41,453 nucleotides of DNA. Source: Deltaproteobacteria bacterium TL4 (lineage in GTDB: Bacteria; SAR324; NAC60-12). A model generated the notes under the pieces. The model did not search any database. It had not been told where the DNA came from and saw only the letters and a list, made by a program, of their open reading frames with translations. The stretch spans positions 1 through 41,453 of the forward strand of contig JBBCAX010000289.1 in the NCBI GenBank assembly GCA_051382335.1. Direction: 5' to 3'. A program made the translations under genes and the position numbers. Shown here one piece after another: positions 20,101 to 28,071 of the stretch. The first letter of the stretch is position 1, and each line of letters starts with the position of its first letter.

Positions 20101-21513
20101 TAAGACAAAATGGAAATTGGTTCCCCCAAAACCAAACGCGCTGACTCCCGCACGTCGAGGCGGAGCCCCTTCTTCCCGAAGCCAGGGGCGTGAAACGGTA
20201 TTGAGGTAAAAAGGCGTATTTTCAATCTCCAATTTGGGGTTAGGATTTTTGATATTGATGGTAGGCGGCAAGACTTTATGGTGCAAGGCCAAAGCCGTCT
20301 TGATGAAACCAGCCGTCCCTGCCGTTGCCTTGGTATGCCCAATTTGAGATTTTACGGTTCCGAGCGCGATATGTTGCTTTTGCGCGTTATCTTTTCCAAA
20401 AACCTCATTCAGTCCTTGAAATTCAGCCAAATCTCCCGCCGCGGTTCCGGTCCCATGAGCTTCAATCAAACCTACTGAAGCGGGTTCAAAACCAGCGTCA
20501 GCGTAGGCTCGTGTCAAGGCTTTGGCTTGCCCCGAAGGACGAGGCGCATAAATACTTTTAAATTTGCCATCACTCGAATCCCCAATACCCCGAATTACCG
20601 CGTAGATGTGGTCCTGTTCACGCTCAGCATCTTCCAAACGTTTGAGCAGTATCATGCCGAGTCCTTCGCCAACCATCATCCCTTTGGAGTTTTCGTCAAA
20701 AGGCTCAATATTTTCGTTCGTGGTAAAGGCCGGCGTTTTACTGAAAGACATGTACATGAAAATCGAGTTATCCGTATCCACACCCCCAGAAATCATCATA
20801 TCACTGCGGTATTCCAACAATTCGCTCACCGCCATCTTGATGGCAGCCAGTGACGCCGCACAGGCCGCGTCCAAAACGCAATTGATTCCGCCCAAGTCCA
20901 AACGGTTTGCAATCCTGCCCGCAATCACATTACCCAACATTCCCGGGAATGAATTTTCTTCCCAGCGGATGAACCCGTTTTTGAATTTATCAATAATCTT
21001 GATCCGGTCTTGAGCCACAATCCCAACACTTTTGAGGACTTTATCGAGAACAGGGTATTGCAAGCGTGTGGTTAAAGGCGTGATTAACTTTTGACCGCCG
21101 CCAATTCCCAGCGTGATTCCAATCCGATCACGATCGTAGGTTTCAGGGTTTCCATAACCCGCATCATCCAAAACCGACTTCGCCACTCCCAAGGCAAGGA
21201 GTTGGGAGACATCCGTGACCTCAAGAATGTTGGGCGGAAGCCCAAATTCCATAGGGTTGAAATCAATATCGGGGATAAATCCTCCCCGCTTACAGTACGT
21301 TTTGTCCGGAACATTCGGATCAGGATCATAATAGTCATCAATATTCCATCGGGAAGGCGGAACATCGGTGATACAGTTGATGCCCCTAATGATGTTATCC
21401 CAATATTCTTTCAAGTTTTTAGACTGTGGAAACACGCTCGCCATCCCGACTACGGCAATCGGCGTTTCCTGCAATCTGGAATTCATTTTTGTTGTTTTGG
21501 ATTTTGATGCCAT
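14113..21513 (-). CDS. pfaA: PUFA synthase PfaA: KS-MAT-ACPx4-KR-DH(PKS type)
   Basis: KS motifs DAACAAS, EAHGTGT and QIGHTK. MAT motif GHSFGE. Four LGIDSIKRVEIL ACPs. KR motifs GGAKGVT and SDYALAN. C-terminal PFLKDHLIGGNEVLP. AAGGAG RBS at 21521-21526. Confidence 0.95.
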   Translation of the reverse strand: MASKSKTTKMNSRLQETPIAVVGMASVFPQSKNLKEYWDNIIRGINCITDVPPSRWNIDDYYDPDPNVPDKTYCKRGGFIPDIDFNPMEFGLPPNILEVTDVSQLLALGVAKSVLDDAGYGNPETYDRDRIGITLGIGGGQKLITPLTTRLQYPVLDKVLKSVGIVAQDRIKIIDKFKNGFIRWEENSFPGMLGNVIAGRIANRLDLGGINCVLDAACAASLAAIKMAVSELLEYRSDMMISGGVDTDNSIFMYMSFSKTPAFTTNENIEPFDENSKGMMVGEGLGMILLKRLEDAEREQDHIYAVIRGIGDSSDGKFKSIYAPRPSGQAKALTRAYADAGFEPASVGLIEAHGTGTAAGDLAEFQGLNEVFGKDNAQKQHIALGTVKSQIGHTKATAGTAGFIKTALALHHKVLPPTINIKNPNPKLEIENTPFYLNTVSRPWLREEGAPPRRAGVSAFGFGGTNFHFVLEEYEKASTEKYRMHTVPQTFIFSATAPEKLITRCEDVLKRLESDEGTIHYQEYAHAAKTAQIPQTEARIGWVAGSLENAVELLQAGIKKLYSQKDAESWDLPQGIYYRRQGMETQGKIAALFSGQGSQYVEMGKELALNFPVMRDVFSKIDQLFTKDGRSALSSKVYPVPVFNQEAKNAQQEDLQQTEYAQPAIGMMSMGLLNALKVAGFQPDFAAGHSFGELTALWAGGVLSDEDYQILAKARGKAMAAPDEPDFEAGTMLAVVGKVENLAKDLEPYPQVVIANFNSKKQVVVAGSKADIAAVHQALQKNYNVVALPVSAAFHTPLVGHAQKPFAQAIQKAKFQSPKIPVYSNSLAKPYPEDPREIQKRLQSHILESVKFDEEIERMFEAGAQIFIEFGPKNILTKLVDSILEDQPHVAIALNSNAKKDSDLQLRQAVAQLKVLGVPLGDIDPYDAEIPVLISKPSSVNVKLNGANYVSPQTKKAFNDSLTAGDPLTLPQSAKIEAPMAAVQTVQPSGPSVIKQTAVAAPKPVALQATPPEKTLKPESSSLQPLENMKKTTGTPSVPTQVSDPVYQGANQQLIESIDQSITQFYKLQEETLKVHQQYLDVPKEYSKTFSQLMQQQISLLNTHPNLEFPESIDRSMTMYHQHQGDTLKMHEQYLRNQSEHSKTVLEFVTRQYSQFSTTVGVTPQAQAPKVIQTPQPQVPQITQQAAPIPSPEPRVETKAKVEVPKAETPKPKATPHKIVPAPLVKPTVPVAVAPSVSFERLTQAMLSVVSEKTGYPTEMLELNMDMEADLGIDSIKRVEILGTVQDQFSELPEINPEDLAELRTLGQIVDRMTSFLQSPVSAPSTSTSAKPVAAPVAVVSGPSVETLTQAMLTVVSEKTGYPTEMLELGMDMEADLGIDSIKRVEILGTVQDQFPELPEINPEDLAELRTLGQIVDRMTRSLPAVTPATSAPVAVPAASGLSVQVLTKAMLTVVSEKTGYPTEMLELGMDMEADLGIDSIKRVEILGTVQDQFPKLPEINPEDLTELRTLGQIVDRMTRDIQAVPSAPSATLIPVASVEVVAPASHVNIQSITKVMLSVVSDKTGYPVEMLELGMDLEADLGIDSIKRVEILGTVQDQFPKLPEIKPEELAELRTLGQIIEYLGASTGAASVEVALPLVSEKTVSLTGGAPRSIARLKFIPAPDELQVTWPEGSVCLITDDGTSTTTELAKAIYEKTRKVVVLSYPQAVVPKQLKLLKEIPRVVLEDLSEEHLRETLKTLIAAHGEIGTLIHLQPTAKSSYKGKLLFDEKSSQVLQHVFLMAKHLQPSLTKTSPEGRRMFMTVAQLDGALGYGNGEYSVVDGGLFGLTKTINLEWHSVFCRALDLSSELSTKKMVSCILAEMTDVDTRLVEVGYGLQGRSTLITESVDDRAVVQPGDHIDSSSVFLVSGGAKGVTANCVIKLAEKHHCKFILLGRSQYSEQDPAWALNCTDDASLQKQAMAELKAQEDKPTPVKIKEFLAPIHSNRMIRATLNAIRQVGGTVEYLGVDVTDGEALQKALLPLAETLGEITGIIHGAGVLADKVIEKKTLQDYNSVYSTKIKGLESLLNAVNSKKLKQLIFFSSASGFFGNAAQSDYALANDILNKTALLYKQTHPQCHVISFNWGPWDGGMVTPELKRMFEQRNVSVIPLDAGAELFVQETSSANNEHPQLLVGSTMLPDPDKPDPKLKKNRLTRKLTIDANPFLKDHLIGGNEVLPTVCVTAWMANTCEQLYPGYTYFSCADYKMLKGIVFDQTLASEYTMDLRELNKSEAEIEFEIYIWHQQQNKQAYNYSARIKLLKKLPPAPVYQNFDKTEKEPVAGSVFYENGTLFHGPRFKAIKRILNISPEKLTMECIALDISEQDQGQFPVQTFHPYASDVQFQGMLIWVRQYHQAGSLPSRAKKGEQYRPITPGQTIYVSLDIKRSSSTIMVADIIVHDENGLMYSQVLNAEVTVSKQLNALFVAA
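16640..17800 (-). repeat. Four tandem ACP-coding repeats within pfaA
   Basis: Four near-identical VVSEKTGYPTEMLEL.MDMEADLGIDSIKRVEILGTVQDQF units separated by Ala/Pro/Val/Ser linkers, at ~300-bp spacing. Confidence 0.95.
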
Positions 21514-21985
21514 TATTTTTCTCCTTAAGCTTTAAGCTTCAACATCGTTTGAATCGGATTCTATGCCTTTTTTCCGCTCACTTTCTGAGCCCCTACTGTT
21601 GTTTTCCAAGGGGTCCACATCATCATTCCCAGAATTGTTTCAAGAAGGCGGGGACTTTCATGGGCGTCAGTTTAGTCTTTTGAAAAGGTTAGCTCAAGAG
21701 TTTTTCATTTTTTTTATGAAACTGTGCGAGAAACAACTCTTTTTGTATGTGAGTCCTGACAAAACGAGGCGATGTTACATAAATTTTTCATAGATTGAAA
21801 TGAATTTCTTTGAAGTATTACGTTCCAATACTTTCAGTACTAGAACGAGTCTTAATGGTCTTAATATTTAAAATTAGATTTTTAATTACAGTAGGTTATG
21901 TTATTTTTAGCAAATCAACCAAGAAGTTCGGTTTAACCTCTAAATTGGGGATTGGAAACGCTCCAAGACTCTTTCAACCAATAGG

Positions 21986-22110
21986 GGACTGACCCCTCTC
22001 TATCTCCAAAAACAGGGACTTGTTTCTATCAGACAACTTTGGCTCAAGGGGCACTATCCCGCGACAGTGCGATGATTTCTTCAAACCGCCGTATGCGGAG
22101 CCGCATGTAC
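21986..22110 (+). mobile_element. 3' remnant of a group II intron: RT/maturase C-terminus plus partial domain V
   Basis: 21986-22075 translates as GLTPLYLQKQGLVSIRQLWLKGHYPATVR*, resembling the QGL.S...LW...HYPAT.R ends of bacterial intron-encoded proteins as I recall them. It is followed by AACCGCCGTATGCGGAGCCGCATGTAC (22084-22110), a domain V 5' arm with the CGC triad. The 3' arm and domain VI are not recognisable. Confidence 0.75.
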
Positions 22111-22207
22111 TGCAATGTCAGGAACTTAAGAAGTTTTTCCGGTTTTTGAAAGGTGCCATCAAATCAAACGGTTTTCTCATCACTTAGGTGCCATTCGTGC
22201 TTGTTTC

Positions 22208-25200
22208 TCAATTCTCATTTTGAGGTCCTACTGAATCGTTTGAGGAGGCTTTTTCGGAATCCTCTTGTAAGACTTCTTCAGTTGGAGGTTTGGGTTTTTG
22301 ACGCACGGAAAGATTGTCTGGAATATTTTTCGTTTTGCGTTTCAACAATCCGTTGGTGCTGTAACAATCCCATCCCCATCGTAACCACTTCAAAAGGCTT
22401 GAGGATAGCCAAAGCGCCCAAAGCAGCATGCTGATTCGATAAAGGGGCAGAGGCACAGAAACTACCCAGGCTTGAGGAAGAAATTCATCAGTTCGATCTT
22501 GATACCAACGAAGTACAGAACCGGTGGAACCATTACCTTGGATTTGCATTTCCGGATGGCCTAGAAGCCCTTGTTGAATGACATAAAGCATGCTTGTTAA
22601 GGCGAAAAAGGTAAGTATTCCCAAACCCAATTGGACCATGTTGAAAGAGAAAACGGAGGTTTCTTTAGCTAGCTTTTGCCTCCATCCTAAGGCTATCAAC
22701 CACACGGCAACAACGAGGGAGATTTCAACTGAAATCGGGGTCAATCCTATGGCTAAAAGGATCCAATGCCTTGTTTTCAGAGGGGTTAGATGAATTCTTC
22801 CAAGAGCAAAGGCCAGGAGTAGAATAACCAGCAATACCCCCCATATCAGCACAGCAGGACCGAGTTGAGGACCTCCGACAAATAAAGTCCAACGGTCTTG
22901 TGGCATTTGAATCTGCAAGGCTGCGTTAACGGTTTGCACTCCTAAATCGACGAGAGGTGTTCTAAAAATAAAAGGAAACTCTGTGTTTTCTCTCCAGACC
23001 ATTTCTATTTCTTGTTTGCCAGGAACAATAGGTAGTGTTAAATTTCCCAGTTCAATACGAATAGGTTGAGCTTTCCCATTAATGTGAATGCTTTGAAGTT
23101 GGCTGTTGGCAGGAAGTTGAATCCGACGCTGAGCTCCTTGACTACTTCTCAAGGTAAATTTAAGTTGATTTTCAGTCGCTCTTGTTCCGGGCGTGACTTT
23201 CAGGAGGCTGTAGTCTAAGGTCATATTTTGTCCGGAAATCCCTTGGGGCTTGTTTAGTGTCAGCAGAACTTGTTCTCCAGGCCATGGACGCCATTCGGGA
23301 ATCCAATGTCCTTGTGGGCTCTGATGCTGAATAACAGGGATTCCCTCCGCTTCAACGTGCCATATGGGACTGGTGTGAATTTTCCAAATTTCGGTCCAAA
23401 CACTGGAATCAGCAGCTTTTAATTGCAGTGTGGATTGAGGTTCGATCACAGAGTTCCAAGTCAAAACCTGTTCATCAGGTCCCAGCTTTATCTGAACTTG
23501 ATTCTGTTTTACTTGAATGCTGGGACTCGTAACCGCTTCACCTGGCATCAACGGATATTCCAAGAGAACTGAGCTTCCAGTAGGGCTGACTCTTTGAACG
23601 CGCGTTTCCAAGGTCCAGGTTAGGCCTAGTAATAAGGTTCTCTGTATTTGTAAAAACGGAGGGAAGGCTTGAAGCTTAAAGACCTGCATCTCTGCGGGAA
23701 TCGGGATTTTGAGCCTTCGTTTTAACTCTAATTCCCGATCGGCTTTGCCATCAGTGTGTAGTCCTTCAACTTCCCAGTCTGGGGCCTCAATCTCAGTCCA
23801 GTGAGGGATTAGAGGGAGTGCCAATTGAACCTTGGTTTGTGAAGGAATTACCCCTTTAAAAATCACTTGATGGATTCCTTTCGGAACATACAAACTGAGT
23901 TGTCCCTCTGCGGTACGCATTAATCCCTCGGCCTCCTTTCCATCCAATAATACGGTTTGCGGCAGCCAATTTGAAGCCATGCCTGGTAATGGAATGGCTA
24001 CGTTGTCTGCCGCATGAATTTCCATTCGACCCATCAGCATTTCTTCGGAAAGCATTAATTTAAGTTTTGCAATGGAAGCACATTCAGGAAGACATTCAGG
24101 CGGTTTGATTAATCGTGTTCTTAATTCATCCAACAGTGAAGAAGAAGGAAAATCTGCCTGTGTGGGAGTTGGTGATAATCCGATGAGTAGTAACAGCACC
24201 AACCCCCATAAAGGGGAGTTTGAATCAGGAAATTGAATCTTTTTTTCCTTGGTAATCCGTATATCCAGCACACAAAGGATCAATGACGCCAGCAGGAGCA
24301 CTCTCAAAAATGATAAAAACAAATTCACTCGAGGTGAGGTCAATAACAATGAGATTTCTTGGGTAGAGGCGACAGGTCCATTCCAGTTGATGAAGACCTG
24401 TTCCCATGTCCACAAGGGAACTCCTGGCCCTGTTTGAATGATGGCGTTGGGATCATGCTGAAGAAGTTTGTCTACCGTTGGAGAGGCTGGGGCTTTATAA
24501 GGTGAAGCCTCAGCCTCTCTTTTGAAGCGGTTATTTTTAAGCTGATAATCCAAGGCGGATTCACGTTCCTGCATGAGTTTTTCTTCCGCACGAGAACTGG
24601 GTTGTCCCATCCCATCCGTCCGTTGTGCTGCCTGATAAAGGTTACTTTGAGGCGCTTCAACATTGATTTGTTGCCAAGGTTTTTCGAGTTGTGGATACAG
24701 ACCATTACGGACTTGCTGAATCATGAAGGGAATGGACACCAGCAATAGCGCTAACAGGCTAAGCAGTTTGTAAGAGCTTATGATTTTGCGAATTCGTCCC
24801 GGAGGTAAGACTTGTAGCAATCCCACCGCAATGAGGATATTCAGAAAAATCCAACTTGGAGAAACAGGTTCATGGTAGATCAGTACCAGCGTTGATAACG
24901 CCAAAGCTCCTCCCCGTTTTCCCCAGATACGAACAACGGAAAAAGAAATAATAAACACCACAAACAAATCAAGCAAAGTCCATTGTTTAAGCCACGTTGT
25001 TTGAATTTGATCCATTCCTGAAGCATCCCAGATCCTCCAGCCAGGAGGAAAATGTAACTGGGCACTGACTTTTTGAAAGTCCTGATTCCAACTCACAGCA
25101 GGGAGTCGTGATACTTTTTGTTCCAACCTACTTTCCGCAATGAGGTTAAGATTTCCGCTTCGAACTTCAACTCCCTTTTGCTGGGATGTGGACAATTGTG

Positions 25201-26428
25201 TGATGAGTTGATCGTTACCATCAATACTGACTCTTCCAATAGTCATGGACTGCGGAATTTCCAAACGCCATCCCTGTGTCATTTGTCCTTGAATTTTATC
25301 CCGAACGGTAACACCCCTTCCATCAAAATCGAACCAAAACTCTCGATGGAGCGTTAGTTGATTCGGTGCGGGATCAGGGTTTCCCCGCTTTTTTTCTATC
25401 AATTCCAAGCCTTTTGAAGCTGGAACTTGAAATGCGGGTAAATGGTGCCATGACGTCGGCAAGGTTGTTTGACGTGAGTCCACAGGCTCTCCTCCGCTGT
25501 AAGAGATCAGGCGGAGCTCATTATGAGCTTCGACAACCCAAGTTTCTTCTTCGGGGAGTGCGGGATCCTTATGAATAACATAAAGGTGTTTGGCCGGTCC
25601 TAAATGCCTTGCGTTTATCTGTATTTCCCAATGTCCGGGACGTGCTTGAATACGTAGACTTCCGTCGTCTTCTTGACGTGTGGGAAAGGGACTCACTAAA
25701 TTCAAAGGCAGAGTATCTTTGATGATTCCTGGTTTTAAGGTGATTTCTCTGGGGATTCCTGAAACTTCAAGGTTCAATTGGGTTGTGACTTTGAGGGGGA
25801 TGTCGTCCTCAAGATAGCGATGAACACGAAGCACCACCTGATTTTCCAAAGCAGACGGAGTGTTTGACGAAGTAATTTTCCTGGGATGAAACCATAATTT
25901 CCCATCTTTCTCCAAGGTAGGGTAGGGTACAGGAACTTGGTTTTTAGTGAGCTCAATCAATCCAGTATTGAGTGGAATTGTGAGTGAGTCAGGGAAGCTA
26001 TGCCAATATAATTGTCCTTGGAGTAGATAGGATCCTGGAGCCAGTCTAATAAAGGGGTGACCATTGATTTCCTGGATCAGAAGCGCTTTTTGGAGGTGTG
26101 TTATTTCCTGCGGCCAATATCGCTGATCTCCAGGCAAAGGAACAAGGGTTTCAGAAAAAATCCGCCATTGTTGTTGAAAAGATACACCTTGCTGATGAAG
26201 GTCCAGCTTCAAGGAACTGGGCCAAGCACATTGCCTCTTTTGAGAATCCTGGAAAAAAGGGCATTGGAGTTCCTCCTGTCCTTTCAATACCCACGATATC
26301 CATGGGCGTAGAGACTCTGGAACTTCAGAGTCAGCCACAGGGGTCGCTAAAGAAAAACCGGCAAAAAACCAAACTCCGAAGAGACTGATGAGGAAAAGTA
26401 AAGTTCGCTTAGAGCCTACCGAAGTCAT
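22208..26428 (-). CDS. Large hypothetical membrane protein with signal peptide, two extracytoplasmic regions and two TM clusters
   Basis: Uninterrupted ORF of ~1400 codons. N-terminal LLFLISLFGVWFFAGFSLA signal. Hydrophobic clusters mid-protein and near the C-terminus. ATG 26428 preferred over 26482 because it gives a shorter overlap with the upstream gene. Confidence 0.85.
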   Translation of the reverse strand: MTSVGSKRTLLFLISLFGVWFFAGFSLATPVADSEVPESLRPWISWVLKGQEELQCPFFQDSQKRQCAWPSSLKLDLHQQGVSFQQQWRIFSETLVPLPGDQRYWPQEITHLQKALLIQEINGHPFIRLAPGSYLLQGQLYWHSFPDSLTIPLNTGLIELTKNQVPVPYPTLEKDGKLWFHPRKITSSNTPSALENQVVLRVHRYLEDDIPLKVTTQLNLEVSGIPREITLKPGIIKDTLPLNLVSPFPTRQEDDGSLRIQARPGHWEIQINARHLGPAKHLYVIHKDPALPEEETWVVEAHNELRLISYSGGEPVDSRQTTLPTSWHHLPAFQVPASKGLELIEKKRGNPDPAPNQLTLHREFWFDFDGRGVTVRDKIQGQMTQGWRLEIPQSMTIGRVSIDGNDQLITQLSTSQQKGVEVRSGNLNLIAESRLEQKVSRLPAVSWNQDFQKVSAQLHFPPGWRIWDASGMDQIQTTWLKQWTLLDLFVVFIISFSVVRIWGKRGGALALSTLVLIYHEPVSPSWIFLNILIAVGLLQVLPPGRIRKIISSYKLLSLLALLLVSIPFMIQQVRNGLYPQLEKPWQQINVEAPQSNLYQAAQRTDGMGQPSSRAEEKLMQERESALDYQLKNNRFKREAEASPYKAPASPTVDKLLQHDPNAIIQTGPGVPLWTWEQVFINWNGPVASTQEISLLLTSPRVNLFLSFLRVLLLASLILCVLDIRITKEKKIQFPDSNSPLWGLVLLLLIGLSPTPTQADFPSSSLLDELRTRLIKPPECLPECASIAKLKLMLSEEMLMGRMEIHAADNVAIPLPGMASNWLPQTVLLDGKEAEGLMRTAEGQLSLYVPKGIHQVIFKGVIPSQTKVQLALPLIPHWTEIEAPDWEVEGLHTDGKADRELELKRRLKIPIPAEMQVFKLQAFPPFLQIQRTLLLGLTWTLETRVQRVSPTGSSVLLEYPLMPGEAVTSPSIQVKQNQVQIKLGPDEQVLTWNSVIEPQSTLQLKAADSSVWTEIWKIHTSPIWHVEAEGIPVIQHQSPQGHWIPEWRPWPGEQVLLTLNKPQGISGQNMTLDYSLLKVTPGTRATENQLKFTLRSSQGAQRRIQLPANSQLQSIHINGKAQPIRIELGNLTLPIVPGKQEIEMVWRENTEFPFIFRTPLVDLGVQTVNAALQIQMPQDRWTLFVGGPQLGPAVLIWGVLLVILLLAFALGRIHLTPLKTRHWILLAIGLTPISVEISLVVAVWLIALGWRQKLAKETSVFSFNMVQLGLGILTFFALTSMLYVIQQGLLGHPEMQIQGNGSTGSVLRWYQDRTDEFLPQAWVVSVPLPLYRISMLLWALWLSSSLLKWLRWGWDCYSTNGLLKRKTKNIPDNLSVRQKPKPPTEEVLQEDSEKASSNDSVGPQNEN

Positions 26429-26768
26429 CTTCAAACCGTTCAATATCGTCCTCTCCAAAGTAAGTTCCTGTTTGAATTTCAATAAAACTCATATCTTCAC
26501 TTCCCTGATTTTCAATCCGGTGCTTTGCTTGTTGAGGAATATCGACAGATTCACCGGATTTGCGTCGAATTTGTTGGTCATCTAAAGTTACCAATGCGTT
26601 TCCTGCAAGGACATACCAATGTTCTGCCCGTTTTAGATGGCGTTGTAAACTGAGCCGTTTCCCAGGATAGACCACAATACGTTTCACTTTATGATCTTCT
26701 TCATCTGCCAGAACGACATAATATCCCCATGGGCGATGCTCTGTGAGTAATTCCAAGTCTTCACACAT
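26409..26768 (-). CDS. Cupin protein, type II mannose-6-phosphate isomerase C-terminal-like
   Basis: Motifs RPWG.Y, KVKRIVVYPGKRLSLQRH..RAEHW, HRIEN and EIQTGTYFGEDDIERFEDDFGR. AGGAG RBS upstream. Confidence 0.92.
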   Translation of the reverse strand: MCEDLELLTEHRPWGYYVVLADEEDHKVKRIVVYPGKRLSLQRHLKRAEHWYVLAGNALVTLDDQQIRRKSGESVDIPQQAKHRIENQGSEDMSFIEIQTGTYFGEDDIERFEDDFGRL

Positions 26769-27302
26769 AATTTCGTCTCCTGTTTAAATTTCGCGGTAAG
26801 TTAACTTTCTAGAAATCAAATACTAGAATCTGCAGTTGCATTGGCCTTGCTTCGATTTACATCAGCGATGGGAGTAAGACGGAACCATCCACTAATTCTA
26901 TCATGTGTTCTCATAGGAGGAGTTTTTACGGAATTTAGAACACTTATGCAAGGCGATATTTGAAGAATAGTGTAGGACTTTATTTCAAGGCCAGGAAAAT
27001 GGTTTTGATGCTTAGCTTTTCAAGGATTGGGAAAAATGTGCAAGGTTAACTGTCTCCAGACAGAATTAGTGAATTAATACTTGAAATCTACCTTTATTTG
27101 TAGTACCAACTGCCCTCGTAATTCTGCTAATGGCATCATGAAAATTTGGGGTCTGATTGCTTTGTTTGCAACTCGATTTGTGGTACCGATGGTACTGAGG
27201 CGTTGTATTTTGCAATGCGGGCACTGTCGAGGTTAGTGGGGATTGTTTTGCTTTTTTATGAAATAAAACAAATTAGAATAGGGAATTGGAGGTTTTTAGC
27301 TT

Positions 27303-27668
27303 ATGATTAATCCATATCTGGCATTTTTTGTTCTTCTTCTTTCAGCAATGGGTTTTGTTTGGATGTCCTTAGCTTTAAATGCCTTGCTTGGACCAAAACC
27401 CGAAAGGACAAGTGTCAAACAGGAACCGTTTGAATGCGGTGTAGAGCCACGGGAACAAGTAAATGTTAAAAGGGTCTCCATTAAATATTATGCGACTGCC
27501 ATCATGTTTGTGCTGTTCGATCTGGAAACCGTTTTGTTGTACATCTGGGGGGTCTCTGCCGCTAAAGTGGGTGTGGTGGCCTTTGTTGAATTCGCTGTGT
27601 TTATGGCAATGCTGGTTCTGGCACTTGTCTATGTTTGGCGAGAGGGTGTGTTGGATTGGGAGCATTAG
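27303..27668 (+). CDS. nuoA: NADH-quinone oxidoreductase subunit A
   Basis: Motifs PFECG, YY..AIMFVLFDLE and WREGVLDW. Three TM segments. GGAGG RBS. Confidence 0.95.
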   Translation: MINPYLAFFVLLLSAMGFVWMSLALNALLGPKPERTSVKQEPFECGVEPREQVNVKRVSIKYYATAIMFVLFDLETVLLYIWGVSAAKVGVVAFVEFAVFMAMLVLALVYVWREGVLDWEH

Positions 27669-27694
27669 AGTCCTTTCCAGCTAAAAAAACTCTA

Positions 27695-27827
27695 TTGAAT
27701 GTGCACTGAAATTTTCGCTTTTTTCCAATCCATTCGCTGTCACTTGTTGCTGGATCAAATTTGTGTTGGTCAGCGCTATGATATGGGCTGCTAGCCGCTT
27801 CGGGGCAGCGCTTTGAGGGACAATCGG
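27695..27827 (+). pseudogene. nuoB: Degenerate fragment of the nuoB 5' region
   Basis: 27695-27813 aligns without gaps to nuoB 28115-28233 (offset 420), 87/119 identical by hand count. It translates as KFSLFSNPFAVTCCWIKFVLVSAMIWAASRFGAAL*, flanked by in-frame stops at 27682 and 27814. Confidence 0.88.
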
Positions 27828-27943
27828 TTATGAAATGATACTGCCAAATGATTGTGGACGCGGAGGGTGAGACAGTAGTTCTAGGTTAGAAGTTGTTCTG
27901 AAGTTGAGGACATATAAATTTGATTTGATAAGCTAATTAGTGC

Positions 27944-27973
27944 TTGACAATCGCCCCCCCTTTGTAGTAGATG
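27944..27973 (+). promoter_or_regulatory. Possible sigma70-type promoter upstream of nuoB
   Basis: Perfect TTGACA at 27944-27949 after an AT-rich tract. The -10 region (TGTAGTAGAT) is a poor match to consensus. Confidence 0.35.
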
Positions 27974-28071
27974 TCGCATCTTCGTTTCACTGGTGACGAA
28001 AGTTTTTAGGTTCGGTTGAGTGGGGGTGGGTTTACAATTTTCTGGAATAAAACGGATTTGAATAGGAAAAG

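Noticed and set aside
4511..21507. Many short alternative-frame ORFs inside pfaABC
   Set aside because: They are fully nested in long, well-supported genes and show no recognisable motifs.
21426..21992. Short plus-strand ORFs upstream of pfaA
   Set aside because: They have non-ATG or weak starts in AT-rich intergenic DNA and no recognisable protein features.
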